The position numbers and the translations under genes were made by a program. Shown in pieces: positions 11,860 through 21,800 of a stretch of DNA of 64,000 nt. Every line of letters begins with the position of its first letter. Positions within the stretch are counted from its first letter, which is position 1. The notes under the pieces are model-generated. The model saw only the letters and a program-made list of their open reading frames with translations, was not told the DNA's origin and did no database searches. The stretch comes from Microthyrium microscopicum (Eukaryota), in contig MU004230.1 of the NCBI GenBank assembly GCA_010405405.1, positions 1,522,627 to 1,586,626 of the forward strand, read 5' to 3'.

Positions 11860-12784
11860 GGCAGTTGCCCATTGCGCAAGGTCGTGGCTGCCCCTCATTG
11901 TTGATTGCCAGATTAGGAAGCGACGACTGGGAGGATGAGAACAACCTCGCAGATGGTGTGGTCAACGTTCTGCTTTTGGGCAATCTACCAATCTATATTC
12001 CCTATCATGGCTCTTCAAAAGCAATAATCTGCACTCGTTGTTTGCTCACTGAGCCTCAACTGCTTCCTGTTGGTTGATACTAACGTTAAGGGTCCATAAA
12101 CCGCCTTGTTGGTTGCTGCAATTGTCGTCAAAGACATGGCTTTTAAACCCTGAACAACAAGATGTCGATGTATGTGGAGCAATATAGAGACCGTTATCTA
12201 AGTGTCTTCAGCTTTGTAGCACTAGGACCAACAAGTATCACGGGGATTTTTACAAGGGATTCTCCATGTTTGGGTTGTGCATACCTTGCATCAAATGGGC
12301 TCACAGGCTGTGGCATTATTTCAAACAGGGAATCAAAGGGTCCGCGCAGCCCAGAACCCGCTGACCGTCTCACAGTCTCACCATCCAACCACCAAAGAGC
12401 ATCATGTACCCAGGGCCCAAGCAAGGTCAGGTGGGGACTAATCTATTGATGTGACCACCGCCTTGCTTCAATCATTCTCTCCCTCAACTCTCTATCAACC
12501 ACAACTCTCTTCGTTGACCGAGTCTGCGTTTGTAGGGAACCTATCATACAGAATTCAATACTCGCGTCATGACTATTGAACACTAGCCCTCCTCTTTAGC
12601 GCTCATCTCCAATTATACTTTGTCCGCTTGCAAGTTGCGATCTCCGTCGTCCAGATCGTTGCCTTCTTAGATCCTGGCCCACCTTTCAGCCTGTCAACTT
12701 GTCAACACCACGACGCTATCGTGATATCTGTCAACTGTCACAATGTCTCACCCATTGAGGCCGCTCTCTACAGCCCACTCCAAC

Positions 12785-14152
12785 ATGTCTCAGCCTTCCA
12801 ATCATCCACCCAGTTCCTCAAGATCACGTCCAGATGGTAAGTTGTAGGCCCCACCGAATGCGCCTTCCAACCACCTCTATCCGCAACCCAACTTTTATGT
12901 ATACCTTGTACTTCATACTATTCCGTTCAAATCCTTCTCTTCTGCGTTGCCTCAAATACTCGTCATGGCGTCCGCTATTCGAACTGCCTCCAGCATGTAC
13001 GCTGACCGCCCACAATTAGATTCATGGATCGAAGTCTCCTCTCGTCCATCCTCATCATCCTTATCGTCTGTTGCAGATGAGATCATAACCACCGGACTAC
13101 GTGTCCGACAAGATCCTACAATCCCGCGACGAAGACGAAGACTACGTCGTTCACTCCCCGATAACGCTCGGCTTGGCACCCAATCTACCTCACGAGCTGT
13201 GACAAGTAGCCAAGAAGAATATGATGAAAGTGATAGTGAATCCGACCAAGTTCTCTCATCGTCGAACGAAGCTGTGCGATCAGAAGTGCGGGGAAGTCAA
13301 AGAAACGCGCCAGCAGACATGACAACAAGCACTTCATCTCGCGATGCATATGCGTCAGGTGAAGACGAATATGACGACAACGATAATGCTACTGCAATCG
13401 GAACCACTGGAGGCTCTGCATTCCGACCTCAGCCCAACGCTTTTTCTCATCCACCATTATCCCGAGCAGCGTCACATTCGGTCCCGAATCAACGACCGGC
13501 CCGCTCAGCGTACCAAAGACACTCTTATCAGTCTCAGCCGCAGCATTCACCCTTCAACGCTATTGCTCCATCTCATCAAGTCGATCATGATGCTGCCTTG
13601 CGAGCCAGTCTGTCAACTCTTCTTTCGTATGCTGCAGCAACGCGCAACATTCCCAAATCTGGTGGTCAAGGTTCCCAGGTACCCCCACCAAACTCTAATC
13701 GCATTGATACCACCACTATAGGCTTGGTGCCCGAGTCCGTTGCATTAGGAGGCATGGGCCCTTCTACTGTCGAAGAGCAATCTGTCTTGTCCGACAAGGG
13801 CAAGCGGAAGGCTGTCACTGCCACTGCTACTGGCACCACTGCTCGGAGTAGCAGCAAAGATCGAAGGGCGGCCAAGAAACAACGTCGAGGAGTTTATCCA
13901 GTCAACGCCATCTCTGGACTTGAAGAGGTCTCTCCAACTCTATTGACCTGGGTGATGGGTGCAGGTATGCTTGTGCTCGTATCAGCAATTTCGTTCTCCG
14001 CCGGATATGTCGTCGGTCGCGAAACGGGACATGCGGAAGCAGCAACAAGTATGAGCAGCGCGGGCGCAAGTGTCGTCAAGCGAGAACTCGTTGCTGCCAA
14101 AGGTGGAGGACTCGGTCTGCGAAGAGTTGCCGGCGCTGCTGTGGGAGCATAA
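12785..14152 (+). CDS. Uncharacterised ~394-aa disordered protein with an N-terminal DDSWIEV motif and a C-terminal transmembrane helix
   Basis: Exon 1 12785-12836, intron 12837-13019 (GTAAGT...GCTGAC...TAG), exon 2 13020-14152 in frame. Hydrophobic segment TLLTWVMGAGMLVLVSAISFSAGYVVGRE near the C-terminus. Confidence 0.8.
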
Positions 14153-14873
14153 TTGGAGTCTTTCAACTCGGTTGAAAAAATCACCACAACGAATAGCCGC
14201 ATTCAAGCGGCCATTTCTTTTGGTTATGGAGGGCTACAGGCTCCGTCATGAATAACGAAGTAGACGACACGAGATAATATGGTTGTCTCGGGGCAATGAG
14301 TAACGACGGGATATGATGGGATGACGGGATCGTGACTAACCGCTGGAAAGGCAATGAGGAGTTGTGACGAATGCGAGAAAGAGGATGAGGAACCCAAAGC
14401 TTACCTTACAATTACCATTCATCACCTGCATCCCTTAAAAGAACAGTATCATCACATCAGCATCGCCATTCAGCATACAGCATATTCATCAATGGCGCAA
14501 CTACCTCTACCTTTCTACAACATCATCTATAATACACTGGGCAACGCTCTGAATTTTTATGTTTCATGCGATGTAGAAGCATATTTTATACCACATGTCA
14601 TTGATCTTCGATGCGTTCACGATAGCAATACTTTAGCATAACCAATTTGGCTGTCGTTCTTAGCTGGTTACTTCTAGGTTACTGGGTAGTATGAATGAAG
14701 TCAATGGTTATTAGATAATCTCGCTCGATGCTTTGTGAGGTGCTATCGATTTATCAAAATGCTTCTACATTTAAGAATGTATACCCAACCAGCATGACGG
14801 CCGACCGGTACACTATCAAATTGTATGTTGCCATCCTAAACAAAATCAAATTGGTAATTCCTATCCAGCACTC

Positions 14874-17251
14874 TCAATACGCCCGTCGTCTTCTGGTCCG
14901 TCTTGTCGGAGGCGCCTCCCCATTATCCGGGTTCAACTGCGGATCTACTCGTCTTCCCTTCTGATCAAACCCTTCATCCTCCTCCAATCCGTCATTCCAA
15001 CTATGCACTGTACAAGTGCCCATTGAGCTGCCCCAACCATTCCACGCCGTCGCTACAAGATTCTATTAGCCAAAACGCCCTGTACATTGAGAATGAGAAA
15101 GTCTTACCAGCGATCATAGGCACATTCGGATGCCAACTAACATCACGAATAACCGTATGATAACCCCCACCCCAATGATAAGAATGGTCATCATCGTCAT
15201 CCTCGCGATCCTTCAAGAACTCCGTCGCTTTCCCCACATCAATCGTCTTGGCTAGCGTCGCATCCATATTCCACACATACACCTTTCCATCCTGGCTCCC
15301 ACTATATACATATCTACCATCCGCACTTCCCTGTGGCGCAAAATGGCATCTAATCAACGTTCTCTCTACCCGATGGCCTCTAAATGTTACTAAGGAGGAG
15401 TCCTTGGGATGTGGTTGCCAGTTGGTAAGATCGTAGTCGCCAGATCGGTAGTCCCAGGATTGGGAGTAGGCGGTGGAGTCGACTGAGCGCGCGGATTCGG
15501 GAGAGGTGCATTTGCGGATATCCCAGAGTTTGCAAGTTTGGTCTTTCGAGTTGGAGAGGAGATGCCGTCCGTCGTCTTTGGAGTCGACGTAGGTTACGCC
15601 TTCGACATGACCGAGGAATACGCCGGCTGGACGGCCATCGGAGAGAGAACGTCGATCCCAGACTTTGACGGTGCAGTCGTCGGAGCCGGAGTAGAGGATA
15701 TGTGGACTAGTACTGTCACCGTAGCAGACGGCGTTGACGTCCTACAATATTCAATTAGTAAGCAATGGAGGATGGTTGTGGGATTCTGGCCTACATCGTG
15801 ATGAGCCTGTATCTGAAGTATACTTTGATTGCGTTCAATGTCAAAAACGTAGACGCTGTTATCGCCAGTGCCGGCCACGATTTCGCGTCCGTCGCCGGAG
15901 AAGCGGACGGAGTAGACGGAGAACCAGCGGCCATAGTCTCGATGTCGTCGTGGCACGCCTGATCCAAAACGAGATAGATCGAGAGGCTGGGGAGTACTTT
16001 CTGCGTCGCGATCTACTGATGCTAGGCAAACCTAGATGATGTTAGAATGCTCATTTGTTGCAGTGCGAATTACCATACCATATGCGTCATTGAGCTGTAG
16101 ACCAAGTGCCGATTATCAGGACTTAGACTTGCATCTGTCAAAGTCCATTGGCCATACGGCATATCCAAGCTCTTGTAGTATTTCCAATCATATGGATTTG
16201 ATGTATCGTACATCCGAACTTTGAAATCTTGACTACACGAGAAGAAGAATGTACCATCCGCAGAAAACTGCCCAGAGTAGCATCGCTGAGGATATTGAAT
16301 GATCATGTCCGCAGGATCCTCTGGATAAAAGTTTTGTTTGAGCAGAGACGAGTTGACCTTCTCCCGACCCCAGCCTGTCGAGCCCAGTTCTCTATCTAGA
16401 ATTCGACGAGCATGTTTCTTAGTCTGGTTGATTCGACTTTGACGCCGCTCAGGATGACCAAAAGTTCCAGACTCTACCAAATCGCGACCAACTGGGTTTG
16501 GAACTGGTTCTAATGGTGGAGCTTCTCGTCGCGGTCGGCGTCGGGAGTACAGGTACCTATGCTCTTCTTCATCGTCATCGTCTTGTACAACGCCGCGTTG
16601 TAACGTTCCAAGAGTGCGCCTAAAGCTGCCTCCCACGCCTACGGTGTTTATCAGCCGTAAGAGTTGATTGCGGGATACTAACAAAATGTGAGCTCTTGAT
16701 CAAGGAGACATATGTTGAGACTTACGCAGAAGTGGTGTTGTGTGTGTTGTCGCAGCTGGAACTTCTTCATCACTGTCACTTTCTTCCTCCTCGTCTTCAT
16801 CAGAATCTGAACCTGAAATGTTTAGTGATCTGATATCTCGCAAATATAAAGTCAAGTCAAACCTTCTCCAGCAATTTCTTCTTGGATGATCTCGGTGAGC
16901 AATTCGATCTCACCAGCATCTGCATCGTCGAGATCAAAATACTCCTCATCGTTACCCGAATCTGGTGCTTCCTCTACTAACGAATTAGAGTTTCTGCTGT
17001 GTGACTGGGCGACGCCCGGTGTGACCAAAGCGCGTTTAAAGTTTAAACATACCATACTCATCATCGCTCTCATCAGTAACATAATCAACATCTCGTTGGT
17101 TTCGCAATGGGACGTAATCGGGGTCATCTTCATCAATATCCATATCGTCATCGGTTTCGTACAAGCTGGCCGTACCAGGCTCGCTTGAGGTTGCTCTTGC
17201 GCCAACCGACGACGCACTTTGAGAATTACTGGTACCTGGAGCTGCACTCAT
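14874..17251 (-). CDS. WD40-repeat protein, WDR23/DCAF11 (LEC14B)-like CUL4-DDB1 substrate receptor; multi-exon
   Basis: Motifs CYSGQFSADGTFFFSCSQDFKVRMYD, GQWTLTDASLSPDN, FSVYSVRFSGDGREIVAGT, GHRVERTLIRCHFAP and IRDVSWHP. Several short GT-AG introns. Confidence 0.85.
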
Positions 17252-18807
17252 TTTGCCTTGGTATTGCAGTATCTTTGACCTATGTTGCGGTATATATGGT
17301 CTCAGCGGGGTGAGTTGGTGGTTTGGTACGGTACATTGATAGCGGACTAGTGGCGTTTACCGCTATATCCGGTAATTAGAGGGGATTTCACCTGAAGAAG
17401 TGAGGTGAAACTTTAGGGTGGTTTATGCTTGCGGTTAGCCGAGGTCAGCCTTGTCTTCAGCCTTGCTCACTTACCAGAGTGACTTGTAGGAGTATTACTG
17501 TATCAGACAGTCGGCGAACACCACCGGAGTGAGAGATGAGTTTAATTGCTTGAAAAGTTTCATGTGGAATATACGTCACAATGAGCTTTGCATCATACAT
17601 TATCTGCGAAAGCATTTTGTTGATTGGAAGAAAAGTCGATTGAGAACCTACCCGGATTGCATCAGCAAAATAGTAACATAAAAGCTACTATGCTGAGTTG
17701 AAGCAGGAGTAGAGTGCTGAAGTTGTCCTACAATACATCAAGGCGAACAACACACAACAGGCGAGCCAAAACCTACCTCCCTATGAGCTGATCCAGCAAA
17801 CACTTCCTGCCGACCCTCCAACAATCGCAGATCATATTACGCATATTATGACAGTCAATTTCCAGGATTCATTCATGAGGGCATGTTTCAGCTTGACTTT
17901 GTCAAGTTGTAGACATATAAAACTGGGGAGCCTTACTTGCTCGCAATGCGCCGACTATTTTTATTATCAAGTACTACGTTTTCCTCTAATTCCAGCGGTC
18001 AGGAAAACCAACTGTCCTTACCTCCACCTTGTGCACTTTGAGTTCGAGTGCGCCATCTACTTAGTTACCCAGAAACACCATTTAAAGCGACTTCAGGTGA
18101 ATTAGTGACATGGGCAGGAAATACTCTACTGTTTATAACATGCGATGTCAGCCAGCAAGTGGATGAGCGCGTCGCTTATTTGTCCAGCGATTATGACGCT
18201 TCAAAAGCCTTCCTACTTACCGAGCAAGATGGTAGCTTTGCTCTTTTCTCAGCCTTTGACTGTTGTGTTTATCATGGGTTCTATATGCCCTTCAAGGCAT
18301 TGGAAATAACTTTCTCGCTCACTAAATACCTGGATGTCACAAGAAAGACGACCGTCTTTCTATATGAAGGGCGATGGTAATCATGGACCGCTTTACTGGG
18401 TGTTCTCTATGACATTTGATATAAATACCTTATACAATATCTCTCAGATGTCAAATACAATGGGAAATCTGGCAGCTTTATATGCGTAAGTTATAATGGG
18501 AACATACTGCTCTATTTCTTATTCCACGAATCAAAAGCTTTCCAGTTTATTGAATACGATGGGAACATTGTGAGTTTTTCTTTAATGAGAGGGCTTTTTG
18601 TTGCTATCAACTCTTCTGTTCCGGTTTGTCAAATGCTCTCAGTCCGATCTAGCTTTTTAAAACAACCACTTATGTATCGACTACAATGAGATATTTAAGT
18701 GATACTTATGAAGAGAAGCTGATAGGAGCGATCAAGACCATGAACCATCCAGCACTTTACATCCCTTGTGATTTGTAAAAGGTCTGAGTATGTTATGGGA
18801 TACTATA

Positions 18808-19033
18808 GGTAACCAACGGGTTGGCAAAATAAATGGCGCGCTTCCATCAACCTTGTTGGCTCCTAGATGCTACGCTCTTTTATCGAATGCTCTACTTGCT
18901 ATAGACGTTGTTTAGAATCGAATAATTTATCGAATACACTAGGGAATTCTAGCACCTTATGCTTAAGAGCGTTGGTGGCAGCCATTAGAGTTCATGGGAG
19001 AAGGCCATTTATTTTGCCATGCCGTTAGTAACT
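18808..19033. mobile_element. 226-bp MITE-like element with ~50-bp imperfect TIRs and flanking TA (copy B)
   Basis: Left end GGTAACCAACGGGTTGGCAAAATAAATGGC; reverse complement of right end AGTTACTAACGGCATGGCAAAATAAATGGC. TA at 18806-18807 and 19034-19035. A second copy lies at ~2615-2814. Confidence 0.75.
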
Positions 19034-19507
19034 TAGCACTATTTCTTTATAGCAGCTGATGGTTTCCATCAGCTGCTTTAGTTATCAAGTGCGCTATTAG
19101 TTAATGAACAGAATACAAATCTACTAAAGTCAGATTGTAGAATTAGGTAAAACTAGCACTCTGTATCTCTCTAATATAAGTAGAAACTTTGTTCGATATC
19201 ATAGATACTGGAGAATTCTCTCGATATACTATCTGGTCACGCTCAGAGACCGGTTAGTGCTTAACAGCCGAAAATACCGCCCCCTTTGAGTTAATTCATA
19301 CAATGTTAATCCTAAGTCTCCTATCGATATCTCGAATGGAAAACTCCGCGGCAGGCTGGTGTTAGACATGAGTAATGTTACCTTACGAGAAGAGAGAGCG
19401 CTGAGGCTCTACGTGCTTCATACACTCCGATTTTGCATCATACATGACCAAAAAAAAGGCCGATATCTATTTCTGACCGCAACCTATTCAACACAGCTCT
19501 TTGGATC

Positions 19508-19514
19508 AAAAAAA
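19508..19514 (-). terminator. Probable RNA polymerase III terminator (T7) downstream of tRNA-Asp
   Basis: A7 on the plus strand is T7 on the minus strand, 15 nt after the tRNA discriminator base. Confidence 0.7.
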
Positions 19515-19529
19515 GAAGTGGTAGATGTT

Positions 19530-19727
19530 CTCTCCCGCCGGGAATTGAACCCCTGATATGATGTTAGTTATAACTCAGGAGGGCGGATGTAGAAATCTTA
19601 CGGGTCTCGAGCGAATTGCAGCCCTTGCTAGGGTTTGACAAGCTCATATACTAGCCACTGATTGGTGTTAGCTATTGAACACTAGACAGAAACGGCTAGG
19701 GTTAGGGCGAACCTATACTACGGAAGA
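19530..19727 (-). tRNA. tRNA-Asp(GTC) split by two spliceosomal-type introns (19658-19712 and 19553-19601) and one canonical anticodon-loop intron (19614-19635)
   Basis: Spliced product: TCTTCCG TA GTATAG|TGGCTAGTAT A TGAGC TTGTCA[22 nt]C GCTCG AGAC CC|GGG TTCAATT CCCGG CGGGAGA G. It has a 7-bp acceptor stem, 5-bp anticodon stem, perfect 5-bp T stem, intact B box and G discriminator. Confidence 0.9.
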
Positions 19728-21800
19728 GATATATGAGTTAAACTCATTGTAGTTTTCAGATGAAATTGGTGAAGGAATATTTGCCAACATCGGTAAATAT
19801 ACAACAACAACACATCCCTAACTACCTCATTTGATTTATCCGCTGCAGCCAAAAGCTACAGCACAATAAACCTTTTCACAGCTACTTGATACAACTAACA
19901 GGTATCATTTACTCGAGCCAAGCAATTATCTAATTGACGGGATACAGTAGACTCAATCTTCACAATAAGTAATCTCTCGATGTTTGACATAGTAGGCTAT
20001 CTGAGCGTACTAACTAGGTAGTAACAGGTAAGAGTAGAGCACGGCATACTATGGGCCATCAATCTTGAAATTCCACATCATGTAGCCAAAGCATAGAGTT
20101 GGAAATCATTTCTAGGTATGTATTGATGAGTTGCAAAAAGTGCTTCTTAAGTACGGCTTACATTGTTTTGAGCACAAACAAATCCCAAGGGCACAAGTGG
20201 AAGTAGATTGAAGTACAAAAGTGCTTCCAAAATGCTCTTTGTTTGAGAGGCACGAAATGCATTCTTGGTGGTGAGCTTCAGAAGATTAACGAGTCTGCTT
20301 GATTTCCTTTTGAATTTTGTAATTCCTACATAACATTGCTTGAAACTAATGGAATTCTATCTTAACGTTTCGAATAAATAGGTATTTAAGAGTTTTCTAG
20401 GTCTGAATATCCTGTGTTGCGACCAAAAGAAAAATTAACTGAAGTTCTAGTAGCGTGTGCCCATCAGCTTCAAAGGCTACCACGAAAGCTACCAATAAAA
20501 GGGGCTATGATTTCCATTGCCTCCTTTAAATCGTACCAGTCTAAACGCTCGTTATGGCTCTGAACGCTTTCGATCCCAGAGCTTGTTGTGAGGGAGCCAT
20601 CGAAGTCGATGGGAACACCGCTTGTAGTCGCGAATATCGCACGATCATCTTGCCAATCTATAGCCCATTCAATGGAATCAGAGGCGCTGTTCCTTTCAAA
20701 CTCCTATAGCAAAGTGCGTAGTCGATGGGTATATCGTCTAAATTTCTCACTCATTCTAACCCTAGAGAGAGTAGTACTGAAGACTGTACTGTAATGTGAT
20801 ATAAACCCATTTACCTTATGAAATGAATTGCAAAGTTTCAAAGTCCGACTGGCTTTCTATACAGTCATAAGTTGCTGTTATAGTCAAAACAACTATGCTC
20901 GGCTGTAGAGACAGAGACAGTACAAATCGAAATCTCCAACACATCACGACTTGTTAGACTGAGAATTGAGCCTACGTCTCTTGCTTGACGAGACCGACAC
21001 GTTTGCCAATGAACAAACCAATGGCCAAACTTTATGGAATGATCGCATAAAGCGCTATACTTGCCATGTTATATTATGAAGACGGTATACTCTAAATTTC
21101 ATCGCAATCAATGGACCACCTGCAAACTAGAATTCGATACCTCCTATGACAGTCAAGATAATGGGCTTCACGCCAGATACGTTCTCAAGAGTTGCCAGCT
21201 TTCTAGAAGCTCGCGGTGGTGATTTGGCAAGTTTAGATAGCGAGCCATACTTCGCACCAGGAAGATAAAGTTTGTTTGATTTTCAATAATCATTCGCTAT
21301 CAATTGTATCTCATCCATCTTCATCGCTACAGCCCAACCCAAACCAGCCGAACGCCACGCAAATCACACCCAAAAATCCTTTACGAACTCCAAGAGTTCG
21401 CGATGCAAAACTCAACCAACATAGCCATACAAGTATGAAGGTGGAACACAAGACACGACAAAAGCTAGAGAGGGAATGCACTTGGCTTGCCATCCAGGAC
21501 ATTTTTGGAACAAAAAGGTCAATGGGATATAATTCTAAAAGATAAGAAGAAGATAGAAATGAAGGCACACCACGAACAATGGTATAAAGTGGTATGAAAC
21601 AGTCTTACACTCTAACCCGCTAGAATCGTTGACAAGATACGAATCGAAGAATCGCATTGATAAAAAGATGGTAGAGAAACCAACGAGGATATGCAAAATT
21701 CGTTCATGCATAAGGGAGATGGCTAGAAAACAAGGCTTGATCGTGACATAGAAAAAACGCGCATAGTGTGAATGCGCGAGGAAAAAAGGAATTGATAGTT

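Noticed and set aside
12947..13019. ORF-track N-terminus (MPQILVMASAIRTASSMYADRPQL) of the 401-aa ORF
   Set aside because: It lies inside a well-formed intron (12837-13019); the upstream ATG at 12785 gives an in-frame first exon.
19359..19556. 65-aa ORF overlapping the tRNA 3' end, i.e. the GT-AG introns belonging to a protein gene
   Set aside because: This ORF is on the plus strand while the introns are on the minus strand, and the minus-strand exons join into a tRNA cloverleaf rather than a reading frame.
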